From NCBI GenBank assembly GCA_038496445.1, contig JALMLS010000309.1, positions 62,001 to 126,000 of the forward strand: DNA of 64,000 nucleotides. The letters run 5' to 3'. This document shows, in pieces, positions 30,940-44,100 of this stretch. Under the pieces are notes generated by a model that made no database searches, was not told the origin of the DNA, and was given only the letters and a program-made list of their open reading frames with translations. Made by a program: the position numbers and the translations under genes. Numbering within the stretch: the first letter of the stretch is position 1; each line of letters starts with the position of its first letter. Origin of the DNA: Trichosphaerium sp. ATCC 40318. Taxonomy: Eukaryota > Protista > Tubulinea.

Positions 30940-31339
30940 ACGACACAGTTCATCGTCTGTTTTCTGTTCTTAATAAAGAAACTTTTTGGGAGAGTTTCTG
31001 ACCTACTTACAATTGTTCTATCCAATAACTCATTAAATTCTTTCATTCAAGTACTCTCCGGCACACAAGCATAACAGCGGGAGGCCTTATGTGGGGTATT
31101 GTCGAGTTATTTGCGGGAGTTCATACCATTGATCTTGATAGTTGTAAACATATAACAGATGAAGGAATCAAAGCTCTCACTGGCGTTCATACCATTCACA
31201 CTAATTGTACTTCAGTTAGAGATATACAAGCATTTCTTGATCGTTGCAAAACATGAAGAAATAAGCTACAGTGCAAGGAGTTAAAAGGTTAAAAGCTCAT
31301 GGTGCAAAAGTAGCAATATTCCACAAGCTAACTACCTAA
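30940..31339 (+). pseudogene. Deleted, mosaic F-box/LRR pseudogene
   Basis: Homologous to the 5' end (ATG changed to ACG at 30940) and 3' end (...LKAHGAKVAIFHKLTT*) of gene 37470-38141, with deletions and stops. Internal piece reads FAGVHTIDLDSCKHITDEGIKALTGVHTI. Confidence 0.8.
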
Positions 31340-33487
31340 CAATTCTAATAGCAAGTTGCAATAAACATATTATTCAAGTCAACAAAATTAATTAAATAGA
31401 ACATTGACTTTAATGCAGTTGGAATTTTGGTTACGCTCACTGTGGAGCTACTATTCTGGTTTGCTATAACGTTATTGAGTGCTGGTAAGTTGCCCGTTTA
31501 GGTAACCCTAGATGTAGCCTACCATCTTTTTACTAATTTTGTGTACCAAGTTGCCTTCGCAAAGTGCTTTTGAACAGATGAAATGACAATAAAGAGTCTG
31601 TTTATTTTTTGTTGTACAATTTCTTGTCTATGTTGTTTCAGTCTTCATCAACGTATGGACCATCTGTTTGCATAGAGAAGCTGAAATCTTCTGATGAAGG
31701 GGATGGAGAGTCCTCATATGGGGCAGCTGCAATGTTATTTACGGGACTGCGACCAAGACCAAACGAGGCAGGTGAACATCCACATTTGGTAACGATCTTC
31801 TTAGATATCTCTCGGTGCGTATAAAAAAGAATTACACTGATAAGTGCCACATACAAAATACAAAAAGCCTATGTAAAAAGTCATCAATTGAAAAAGATGG
31901 TTTAGGATGAAGACATTTCATCCAATGTAAGAAAAATTGTTCACTTACAGTAATAAGCACAAAAGCAATAATTTTATGTTTCTTCACAACACTTTCACTA
32001 TCTTGATTGAACAAAAGAACACGGTTCTTGTGCACCTTGATTCCTGTAGCTTTCGAAAGTTCATTTAAAGCCTTTGTAAAATATTAGCAAAGACATACAA
32101 AAGAAGGGGTTGAATTGGTTAAAAACTAGAGCAGAAACAATGCATGAAAACTGTAATATTGTTTCAAAATAACTTGTACCTCTTCAGTGCTGTCCAATAA
32201 TAGTGTTGGTATCAGCGATGAACTACTATATAGCCTTGTGCTGTCTGTATTGCCGTCAAACCATTTTTGTATACAGTCGTCATCCTTGTGTTTAAAACAA
32301 CTGTTCTTATTAAATGGCAGAGAATATTGAAATTTAAGCACACAAGTTACAAAAAATCCAACAAGCTCTAAAAAACTAGGTAAGTATTTTGCGTAACATT
32401 AGTACATACAGTGTTATTCATCAACGATGTTCCTGGATTCAATGACACTGGAGCAACGCAATACAATCTATTTACACAACTTCTTACTTTCCCACCGGTA
32501 CATGTCTCTGTTGAGCTGTATCCCCAACTATGCGAGTAATAAGAAACAACTACAATGAACTAATTTCGGAGTTGAAAAACAACTAGCCTCACTGCTACAG
32601 CTTTGGTGTTCATTACTACGTTGGTACTGGTGTGAATCCACAACAGTAATATGATCACCTTGCTTGTAACAGCTTGACAATGTCAAGATGTACATACAAT
32701 GTTGAATTAGTAACAATTTCACTTGGTGTCTCAAAGGTGTAATCAAACCCTGTCTTGAACTTTTCGTTATTTTGTATTTTATCTTTGATTATGTTATCCA
32801 CTATTACCCATCCTAAAACCAAAAAATAAGATCACGATTTGCTGCACGTGCTGCAACAAAAGAAAACTAAAAATTATTCTTGTTTTTTTCGGGTTTTTCA
32901 GTTACCTTCAAAAGTACTCAGCCAATACGTTCTTGCTAAGTAGCTCATTAACCATGCAAGGATCATCATAGTCGCTGTGGCTACTACAAGCGCTCCGAAG
33001 AAAAATAAATGGTGTTTCTTTGGCCCCTGTAGAATGGAAAGAACCATGAACGTCATACCACCTATTACACAGGCTACTAATCCCAAACACAAGCACTAAT
33101 CCAAAATAAGTTTGTGATCATCAAAATAATTAAACGACGCCTATTAATCAACCTATAGAGCGTCTGGTATCGATGGGAACGTGTTTAAACAAAACATACA
33201 ATTACAACCCAACCAGCCGTTCCTTGAGGTTCGCTGATGCTTGAAAGAGCTACAGCTGTACCAATAGCTATCGGTAAAAGCACTGCTGCAATGCAAGCGT
33301 TTAATAAGAGCGAGCCCCGTTCGGAGAGATTATCCAATAGTTTCATGTTGTTTTATTATTGTATAAATAGAGTAGATACGCTTTATACTCAATAAGTAGT
33401 AAAATAACTAACTTTGGGATTATGCATCTTGCAATTTTTTGGATGAACGGCGATTGTACCCGAAAACAGTTGGGGAATATTTAAGGA
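31267..33487. repeat. Left arm of ~2.2-kb inverted repeat (partner 35306-37542)
   Basis: Continuous reverse-complement similarity, with near-identical introns and flanks. Confidence 0.95.
31638..33346 (-). CDS. Four-helix membrane protein with large Cys-containing loop, paralog A
   Basis: Spliced model with three N-terminal hydrophobic segments, a Cys-rich loop (YCVAPV, FFVTC, CFKHKDDDCIQKW), a fourth TM (IIAFVLITAFCILYVALISVILF) and an acidic tail ending YVDED*. Confidence 0.75.
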
Positions 33488-33500
33488 ACATTTTTAAGTC

Positions 33501-33671
33501 ATGTACGAGATGAAGATGTATCAGCACTCTCAGGGGTTTATGATATTAACTTGTGGGGATGCAACCTTATTACAGATGCAGTTGTAGATCCTCTTAAAGG
33601 ATTGCATACAATAAACGCTTGCTATACTCGGATTACAGTACAAGGAATTAAAAGGTTAAAAGCTCATGGTG
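33501..33671 (+). pseudogene. Orphan exact copy of the 3' LRR segment of gene 37470-38141
   Basis: Identical by eye to the reverse complement of 37505-37675. No start codon and no F-box. Confidence 0.85.
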
Positions 33672-33768
33672 TAAAAGTACTACATTTTCACGTGTTGGAA
33701 TTTTGCGTTGATGAGTATTGACTAACAAAGAAAGATCTTGAAGAAAACCAATTTACATCCATCACAAC

Positions 33769-35148
33769 ATGGAGAAGGTAATTAATGTTCCAGAACTCAT
33801 TTTAGCGGTTATGGAGCAAACGAATTGTTTTAAAGCGATAATAGCCTTCTCAAGCAGTCACAAGCATGCTCGTAATGTAATATGTTCACCAGAGTCTGCG
33901 AAACAATTGTTTAAAGCTCAATGGAATAATCCTTTATTTTACGGACCAATTAGCGAATGGCCATCAAAACTTGGAGGTGTTGACAACATCACCGACTTTA
34001 GTGGATTACAATACCTCTACTTTGGGCGACACTTGGAGAAACAGTATCAAGTAAGTCATGTTTTGAAACCTTTTAAGCCCCACGTGTGTGGAATTCGTAA
34101 CACGTGAAATTTTAGAGTATCTGTAAAGTAGAAGATAAAGTTCTTGATATTAATACAGGCGAACTGATTTCTGCATCACCATCAACCTCTGTCGAGTACT
34201 ATTACGGACCTATGTTCGGTACTGAGCCTAGAAAATTCATAGGAAACCGCCGAATAGTTGTTGGTGACGTCGTTCTAATCAGAGAACCAGAAACTTACAC
34301 TGGATTGTGTAAAAAAAGCAATAAACAACTTTGGAAGATACCAAACAAAGGTTATGTGCATGAAATTAGCCATCGAAGTGCTACCATGGTTTTAACAGAT
34401 GGTAACCAGTGGAGGGGTTTACGAAAACGAGAAATGTATGCTGTAAATTTAAAGGATGGTACGACACATGTTTAAACACTTAACAAAAAAGTGAAAATCT
34501 TTACTTTTTTTTGATTCTTCTTGTTTGTATAAAGGTTTGTGTTTAGGTACTACATTATGGTCCAAGGATATAATACATTATTGCTCCTCTGGTGAGACAT
34601 GTTCAATTACACTAGCAGAGAAGTTCATTTGTATTTTGGATGGCCAAACTAAAAACAAAACTGCACTTCTAGATATCAAGAGTGGTAAAGAAGTTGGTGT
34701 ATTGAGTCACCTCGTAAATAAAGTAACTACTACAAGAGAACACATAGTTATGCTCAGTGGTGATTTCATGTACAAATACAAGGAAGACAACAACATATTT
34801 AATCTGGTGTGGAAGATAAAAATCAAGAAAAGTGGAGTTGTTGACGATTATCATTTTTCAAATCAGTCCATCCTATTAGTGACATACAGTGTCCTCTCTG
34901 ACAGTGGTGTTGGTATATGCTTGATTGACAAACATGGGAAGGTCACGTGGGAACACTTTGTAAATTTTGCAGGTGTAGACCATAGCAGATACTGTCATTA
35001 CGCTGCAATTCAAGTAAAAGGAAAGAAAGGAATAATTGTACAGTCAATTGGTTCATGTGCAGTGGTATGTGAATGTATTGGGTGGAATGGTTTCAGAAAA
35101 TGGAGGTTTAACAGAATTCAACATCCCATAGATGAAAAATACAACTAA
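33769..35148 (+). CDS. Uncharacterised protein with degenerate F-box-like N-terminus and PQQ-like beta-propeller repeats
   Basis: N-terminus VINVPELILAVMEQTNCFKAIIAFSSSHKHARNVI; repeated xxWxx blade ends (QLWK, GTTLWS, LVWK, GKVTWE, RKWR); two introns. Confidence 0.6.
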
Positions 35149-35305
35149 CGTCAGTCAAGAAATAATTAACGAAAAAAAACCCCAAAACTTTCAGCAAACA
35201 AAAGTAATGCAGTGTGAAATTGATTGTTTCAAAGAAATCACGTGTTTTTATTTCAAAGATTGCTTTTTAAATTTTGTCGTTTTACGCGTTCCGTTTCTGT
35301 ATCGA

Positions 35306-37542
35306 TCCTTAAATATTCCCCCCAACTGTTTTCGGGTACAATCGCCGTTCATCCAAAAAATTGCAAGATGCATAATCCCAAAGTTAGTTATTTTACTACT
35401 TATTGAGTATAAAGCGTATCTACTCTACTCACACAATAATAAAACAACATGAAACTATTGGATAATCTCTCCTTACGGGGCTCGCTCTTATTAAACGCTT
35501 GCATTGCAGCAGTGCTTTTACCGATAGCTATTGGTACAGCTGTAGCTCTTTCAAGCATCAGCGAACCTCAAGGACACGCTGTTTTGGTTCAAGTGGTATG
35601 TTTTGTTTAAACATGTTCCCATCGATACCAGACGCTCTATGGGTTGCTTAATAGGCGTCGTTTAATTATTTTGATGATCACAAACTTATTTTGGATTAGG
35701 GCTTGGGTATGGCAATTCTAGCCTGTCTGGTAGGTGGTGTGACGCTCATGGGTCTTTCCATTGGAGAGGTGCAGGTGCCAAAGAAACACCATTTATTATT
35801 TTTCTTCGGAGCGCTTGTAATAGCCACAATGACTATGATTATCCTTGCATGGTCAATGAGCTACCTCACAAGAACGTATTGGCTGAGTACTTTTGAAGGT
35901 AACTGAAAAACCCAAAAAAAACAAGAATAATTTCAGTTTTCTTTTGTTGCAGCACGTGCAGCAAATCGTGATCTTATTTTTTTGGTTTTAGGATGGGTAA
36001 TAGTGGATAACATAATCAAAGATAAAATACAAAATAACGAAAAGTTCAAGACAGGGTTTGATTACACCTTTGAGACACCAAGTGAAATTGTTACTAATTC
36101 AACATTGTATGTACATCTTGACATTGTCAAGCTGTTACAAGCATGGTGATCATATTATTGTTGTGGATTTACACCAGTACCAACATAATAATGAACACCA
36201 AAGCTGTAGCAGTGAAGGCTAGTTGTTTTTCAACTCCGAAATTAGTTCATTGTAGTTGTTTCTTATTACTCGCATAGTTGGGGATACAGCTCAATAAGAA
36301 CATGTTCTGCTGGGAAAGTAAGACGTTGTGTATATAGATTGTATTGCGTTGCTCCAGTGTCATTGAATCCAGAAACATCGTTGATGAATAACACTGTATG
36401 TACTAATGTTACGCAAAATACTTACCTAGTTTTTTTAGGTTGTTGGATTTTTTGTAACTTGTGTGCTTGAATTTCAACGTTATTATTTGACAGTTAATAA
36501 GAACACTTGTTTTAAACACAAGGATGACGACTGTATACAAAAATGGTTTGACGGCAATACAGACAGTACAAGGATATATGGTAGTTCATCGCTGATACGT
36601 CCAACACTATTATTGGATGGCACTGGAGGGGTACAAGTTATTTGAAACAATATTACAGTTTTCATTCATTGTTTCTGCTCTAGTTTTTAACCAATTCAAC
36701 CCCTTCTTTTGTTATGTCTTTGCTAATATTTTACAAAGGCTTTAAGTAAACTTTCAAAAGCTAAAGGAATCAATGTGCACAAGAACCGTGTTCTTTTGTT
36801 CAATCAAGATAGTGAAAGTGTTGTGAAGAAACATAAAATTATTGCTTTTGTGCTTATTACTGTAAGTGGACAATTTTTCTTACATTGGATGGAATGTCCT
36901 CATCCTAAACAATCTTTTTCAATTGATGACTTTTTACATAGGCTTTTTGTATTTTGTATGTGGCACTTATCAGTGTAATTCTTTTATGTAAGCACCCAGA
37001 GATATCTAAGAAGATTGCTACCAAATGTGGATGTTCACCTGCCTCTTTTGGTCTTGCTCGACGTCCCGTAAATAACATTGCAGCTGCCCCATCTGAGAAC
37101 TCTCCATCCCCTTCATCAGAAGATTTCAGCTTCTCTATACAAACAGATGGTCCGTACGTTGATGAAGACTGAAACAACATAGACAAGAAATTGTACAACA
37201 AAAAATAAAAAGACTCTTTATTGTCATTTCATCTGTTCAAAAGCACTTTGCGAAGGCAACTTGGTACACAAAATTAGTAAAAAGATGGTAGGCTGCATCT
37301 AGGGTTACCTAAAAGGGCAACTTACCAGCACTCAATAACGTTATAGCAACCAGAATAGTAGCTCCACAGTGAGCGTAACCAAAATTCCAACTACATTCAA
37401 GTCAATGTTCTATTTTACTAATTTTGTTGACTTGAATAATATGTTTATTGCAACTTGCTATTAGAATTGTTAGGTAGTTAGCTTGTGGAATATTGCTACT
37501 TTTGCACCATGAGCTTTTAACCTTTTAATTCCTTGTACTGTA
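35306..37542. repeat. Right arm of ~2.2-kb inverted repeat (partner 31267-33487)
   Basis: Reverse complement of the left arm. Confidence 0.95.
35449..37172 (+). CDS. Four-helix membrane protein with large Cys-containing loop, paralog B
   Basis: Same exon structure as 31638-33346; MKLLDNLSLRGSLLLNACIAAVLLPIAIG...YVDED*. Confidence 0.75.
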
Positions 37543-38141
37543 ATCCGAGTATAGCAAGCGTTTATTGTATGCAATCCTTTAAGAGGATCTACAACTGCAT
37601 CTGTAATAAGGTTGCATCCCCACAAGTTAATATCATAAACCCCTGAGAGTGCTGATACATCTTCATCTCGTACATTACTTACACGTGATAAGTTGATTGT
37701 GTGAACTCCAGCAATTGATTGGATACTCTTTCCAGTAAGGTGCTTACATCCTTCAAGATCAATTGTATGAACACCAGCAATACTCGAAATATTTCTTATT
37801 CTTTGGCACCAACGCAATGAAATTGAATGTACACCAGCAAGATTATTTAATACTGTATCTGTTACCTTTTTGTAACCAAAGAAAATTCTTGTGTTTTTCA
37901 GAAGATTCTTGTTTTTATAGAGCATTCGAATGTGATCACGTGATTGTATTGTTATAAAACCATAACCAACGTATTTATAGATTATAGTAGCAAACAACCA
38001 ACATGTTTGAGCAAGATTGAAAGGATTTAACAAGTCATTGGATAGAACAATAGTAAGCAGCTCTACTGGGAGGTCAGTAAGCGAAACTCTTCTCCTATAT
38101 AATATCAATAAAGAACAAATTTAGACGATGTACTGTGTCAT
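37470..38141 (-). CDS. F-box/LRR protein (short form; small first exon ATGACACA, then one intron)
   Basis: F-box SLTDLPVELLTIVL...NLAQTCWLFATII, family linker VGY...LLKNTRI, and AGVHTI-type LRRs. Confidence 0.82.
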
Positions 38142-38375
38142 TAAGAATGCGTGGTTGGTTTCTTAATACTGATATCGCAAGTATTGTTTTGATATTTGGA
38201 AATAGTTTGTACTAATACCTTTGACTGAGTTTTTTTGGTAGCCAAGCAACGATGTTAATAGCAGTTATGAGTGCTTTTGCTTGTCAAGTAGTACTATTTA
38301 TTATAACGTCCACGCAAAATTACAAAGAAATAGATTCATATGAAACCAATTTATTAAATTTTTTGTGTGCGTTCA

Positions 38376-40558
38376 TTATGACGTCATCTTGAAGTATACA
38401 ACATCTCCTTCATCCTCAACAAACACACACTTTCTGAATGTTTGCCATAGAGCTTGAGGTATTGGTGTATGGTCTTCATGATAGTGCTGTTTAAGAACTT
38501 TTTTTATACAATCTGTTGCTTCTTGAGCGTGATAAAATGCCATACGTGAGAAAAGGTGATGAGCAACATGTGTCTCTGATATATGGTGAAAAACTGAGTT
38601 TAGAACATTGGTGTATCCAAAGTAAGAAAAATTACGATCTACAGTTGCCAAAGCACCACGGAGCCATGTCCACTCTTTTTCTCTGTTTAAACAAAGGTGT
38701 TAGGAGTAAGAAAAAAAAAAGAAAATTAGAGAACAACAAGGTCGATCCTGGTCGATATTTTGAAGAATGAAGAAGTGTTGGTTTCAAAAGAAATATGGTG
38801 ATAAAGATGATAAGAACAACGAAGAACAAGAAGATGAAAAGAAAAAAGGTACACAGTTCAAAAAAAAAAAGTACAAACTCTTTGGCTTTCTTTGGAATTT
38901 GTTAGTAAAAAGTTGTGCTCTTGTTTTGCTGATTCAACGATGAATATTTGTTCCATATAGTTTTGACGCAAGCAAAAATCACATCGTACCTGTAATGAGG
39001 AAGATACATAGCTGTGTGTTGGAGGAATGTGATGAGTACCAAGTGATAGTTTACAACAAGGTACGGCATCACATACCAACATACTAGATCCCATACAGAG
39101 TATGCATTCGCATAGACTGTCAAAAGTGCTAACATTAATCCAACACCAACATTACTTATCTAGAACAAAAAAAAAAAGATTAAAAGGACGCAAAAAATAG
39201 CAAAAAAAAAACTTTGAGTTCAAAAAAATTACACATTGTGATTAGTCACGTGCTTTGCTTCATTTATCTGGTTTTTTTGAAAATACGTACGGTTACATAG
39301 GTGCGCTGATTATCTTTAAAGAGCTTAGAATCAGGATCAAAGTGACTTTCACCTCTATGTTTTTGTGGACCTATGGTCACAATTTTAGTTAGTTTGTTAT
39401 GTTTTAGGACAAAAGTTTCGTTTGTGTATCCTTACCTTGAGCGTTGGCTATCAAATATAAGGGCCATCCAAATGTAAGTGTTATAACCATTGTAACAAAA
39501 CTGTAGAGTGGCGTCTCACAAATGACTTCTGTAACCGAATTTGCAGCTTCAGATCTTGTTTTTGGCACAAACACTTCATCGTTCTCCATGCTTCCTTTTA
39601 CTCAAAAGTCAACAACACAAAATGCCATAGAACATCACATAAACAATAGCCCAAGAGACAGAACCATCAACAAAAAAACAAAACGCAAACGGCGGTGAGA
39701 AGTTGTTTTGTTTTTTTCTTGGTTTTTTTTTGTGATTGTTTGAGCTTCGTTTTACTCTTTCGTACCAGTGTTTTTGTGGTGACTTGCATGTGTATACTTC
39801 CAGGAGAAGTAAGGCACGAGTAGGTAACTATGTACTATGAATCCAACAATGTCATTAATGACGCCTGATTCAGAAAAAGCCTGATGTCCACATTCATGTG
39901 CAATCACCCAAAGACCAGTCATAAACGCTCCCTAAGCCATTTGTTTAATACTCGCGGATATAAGAAATACGTAATAATATTATATGTACAGACAACAGAA
40001 ATTCATGTCATATTTCGTGCGAACATAAAAGCGTAAAACGACGAATGTGAAAAAAAAACGCGAAAAAATAGAGAATGAAATAATTTTTCTGAAAAATGAC
40101 AAAAAAGGAAATATTTTTATAATTTAAATCCTCGTCGGTTATTGTAACGTTCATGTATTAACCACGGTCCCTTATTCTAGTTTCACGTACCAAAATGTAC
40201 CAAAACGCTGGCCAAGCGAATATCTGAACTAAAATAGGCGTATATGGTATATACGAACCTATAGCGTACGTTACCGCTATAAACGCGAAGTCACGTAGAA
40301 GATACATGCCACTACTATATAAAAGTCAGGGAACGGCCGAAATACCGCGCAATCGGATATTTATCGAAAGAAATAGTGCGAGTGGGACTCGTACGTGATC
40401 GCCGAGCGTTTGAAGCAATGAGCTGGGATTGCGCGTTTCAAGTCTCCGAACGTGAACGGTAAAGGCTCCAAGGGCGTTTTTGGAGCGTCTGATCTAGTTT
40501 CTTGACTCGAAAACTCGAGTTTATTTTCGACGCTGCGCTTAGAACGTTGCGTAGTCAT
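38376..40558 (-). CDS. FAD2: Delta12 (omega-6) fatty acid desaturase
   Basis: PFTFGDLKRAIPAHCF; histidine boxes HECGH, HASHH and HVAHH; DEVFVPKTRS; LITFLQHT; ATVDR. Confidence 0.93.
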
Positions 40559-41135
40559 AATACACGTAGGTCTTTAATTACGTTAGTTTATAGTGAAGAT
40601 TAGACGAGATGGCTGCTTGCCAAAATACTTTTCAAAACTCGTGATGTTAAACGCTTTATGCTTATGTCACTAAGCATAAATTTAGTAATACGTACCCTTT
40701 TTTTTAGTGCTCGGGGAGGTGTTGTCAAATGGGTAGGAAAAAAGACAAAAGAAGGAAACGTTACTTAATTAAGAGCCAAAAATGAGTTCCAGCCACACTC
40801 GTAAAATGAGCAAGGGATGGAAATGAATGAGAAATTTAACACGTCACAAATAGCGTGAGTTCAAATTAAGGGTCTTACACGAAACGAGAAACACTAGAGG
40901 CTATAAATACGCAACGATCACGTGACAGGATTAAACAAAACGCTGAGCATTCCCAAACTTGCTTCGACGCTATACACACCTTGGTAACGCCTCAAAAATG
41001 CTAATACAGTTCACAGTTTCAAGTACAAGTTGACAAAAGCCGTTCTTTCGTAGACCTGTTAAGTTATGTCATTTTTTTAACGTTAACTTAGAGTGCATTT
41101 AAAAAACTTTGCTGGAACGTTAAAGTACTTGATGT

Positions 41136-44100
41136 ATGGCCATGAGTGAAGAACCAGTCATAAAAACGGAAACAACAAGCAAAAATGAAGACGTGGTGAT
41201 AAAAGAGGAGCCTGTTGCTACAGATGAAGGTACGGGTTGGTTATTCTGGACACAGTATTAGAAGTATCACTCAGGGGTGCTTGCCGTTAATTAACAGCCT
41301 CCATAAATTATTTTTTTGTTATAACGCAAATGACGTTGTTTCAGCGCGCAATGAGGCCACAGACGATAATATATCATTTTCCGATGACGAGGAGGAAGAA
41401 CCAGCGACTTCTAACGCAGCTGAAATAAAAACCGAAAAAACGGAGGCAGCGCCAGAACACAATGACGTAAAGGACAATGGGGTTGTCAGTGACGCAATGA
41501 CGAAGCAGCAAGCCGATCTGAAGGCATTAAAGGAAGATATAATCAGAGAAATTATGCCTGAGGATGTCGAAGAAGACAGCTTTAGCTCTGACGATGGACA
41601 AGAAAACAAAGAGCATAGCAATAATGGAACGCCATCTAAAAAACCTCTTAGTAAAACAAAAATACAAGAAAATCGAGAAACTGGTACACTCAAACGATAC
41701 TAATACCCTCTTATAAGGCGTAAAGTCACAAATTACGAAAAGTTTCAAACGATTACACGCCATTGCTTGAAATCTCAATGCTGTTCGTTTTTTACGTTTA
41801 AAATAACACCGCCGAAGTATACGGCGGCTTTTAATTTGTCATTTTGGTTTTATGAAAGAAAAAAAAAAAAAGTTTTCGCTTCCACGCATTGCGAGCATCT
41901 CTTACGCTCTATAATATGCTAAAAAGGCGCCTCATTTAATTATTTGATTATTTATTTACAAAATTATTTTAGCGGCTGCACTCAGAGCCGGTTTCCAACC
42001 TTACGAGTTATCTGAGATTGAAAAGAAAACGTTCCCACAGTACATAGAAGACCCTCAATTGTTTACGTATACTTCAGTGCGTAATTTGATACTCTACAAG
42101 TGGAAGAGCAACACAAAGAAATATCTATCAGTTGGCGCATGTACTCGTTCAATTATGGTACGGATTAATAACTGGCTAAAACACTCATAAAACTACTACT
42201 TTACGCATGTTTTATGTATTTAAAAAGGTTTTAGGAGAAGTACAAGACAGAAGTACGAATGCTTCATGATTGGCTTGAACGTCACTCTCATATTAACGTT
42301 GGGACGTTTGAGAATGAGCACAAGAAGAAAATAAGTACGTTTGGAGAACACTAAAAAAAGCGAAATGAGCGAAAAATTTCTTTTTCTTCTCAGTTGTTCT
42401 CAGAGTTCTTATATTTGCTATTTAGAGTTCAAGAAGAGCGTTGGGCAGAAATCCATTATCGTCATTGGTGCTGGTGCTGCTGGTATGGATCTACGCTGAT
42501 TTCTCAATTTTATCTAAAATCGTTGTTTTTGGTGTAAGCGTTAACTTTTGAGTGTAGGTCTTGGCGCTGCTCGACAACTACACCAGTGGGGTTATAAAGT
42601 GACTATTGTAGAAGCCCGTGATCGCATTGGTGGCCGTGTACATACAGATAGCTCCTTTGGTGCTCCTGTTGACTTGGGTGCGTATTTTCTCGTATTTGTG
42701 GCGTTTTTCAACGCTGTTGGCGTTTTTTTGTAGACTATTACTCGTTGGTTTTGTTGATTAACTTAAAGGCGCCTCTATCATAACTGGACTGATTCGTAAT
42801 CCTTTGGATAATCTTCATAGTCAGTTATCACTTCATACTGATGTTATTGGTACTAGTGATGAGAATGCAAAGCTCTTTACACGTGATGTACGCAGAACGC
42901 TTGTTGAACTTATGTTTTTTTAACTTTTTTTCCACAGGGTGAGGAAGTGTCGCCCGAGCTTGATGTTAAAATGTCTACTATTTTTGATGGGTTATTGGAT
43001 TTTACTGCTAAACAGAAGAAAGAAATGTTTGATCTATCTTTGGGTGACGAGATGGATAAGGAGATGAAAAGAAATGGCGGTATGAAAAGTCAATGCCTTT
43101 TTTTTTTACCTTTGTGCCTTTTTGACTTGAATTCTGCATTGAGGTCTTCTTTGCTTACTCTTAAAATTAGAGAAGATAGATGAATATGAACAGCATATTC
43201 TTGATTGGTATTACGCCAACTTGGAGTATGCTTGTGCTACAGATCTTGCAAACTTGTCTGTTAAACACTGGGATCAAGATGATCCATATGATTTCGATGG
43301 AGAGCATATGATGTGTTCTTGTGGTTACTTGAATATGATCAAAGGTTTAGCCGATGGCTTAGACATAAGGTAACGCTTTCAACAAGCTCACAAAGGCTTT
43401 TTTTTTGTATTCAAAAAATCTGATTGTAGTCTTTTTTGAGTTAACTTTCTTTTAAAGGCTAAATACTCCTGTGTCTTCTGTGAGGTATGGAAGAGATGGT
43501 GTAAGTGTTATTACTAAGGCAGGAGAAAAGCTTCATGCTGATGTTGCTATTGTTACACTCCCTCTTGGTGTGTTGAAAGCCAAGTACGTAAAATACTTAA
43601 TTTTGCTTTTCGATTTTTTTGTAAAAAGTTCACTAGTTTATTTTTCCTTTAGTACTGTTCAATTTGAACCACAGCTTCCGTCATGGAAATCAGATGCTAT
43701 TGAAAGATTAGGATTTGGTTTGTTGAACAAGGTTGCAATGGTTTTTGATGAAATATTTTGGGACGAACACATTGACTGGTAAGCTTTTTTTTTTACGATG
43801 AGTAGAAAACATATTTTGTTTGATATTCGTTAAACCGTCTGTTACTGATCTATACTTTTTACTAATCGCTTTCAAATAGGTTTGGGTGCGCCAATACATC
43901 AGGAGTACGCGATGAGCGTGGTCAATGTTACATTTTATGGAATATGGTCAGGTACGAACGCTTTTTGTATTTTACAGTTCTCAGTGTTTACCTAGGTACA
44001 CAAACAAGCCAATTTTAGTAGCTTTGTTTACTGGTAAGGCTGCATATGCTCATGAGAAGGAAAAAGATGAAACAGGTAATGAGAAACATTTGTTTTGTTT

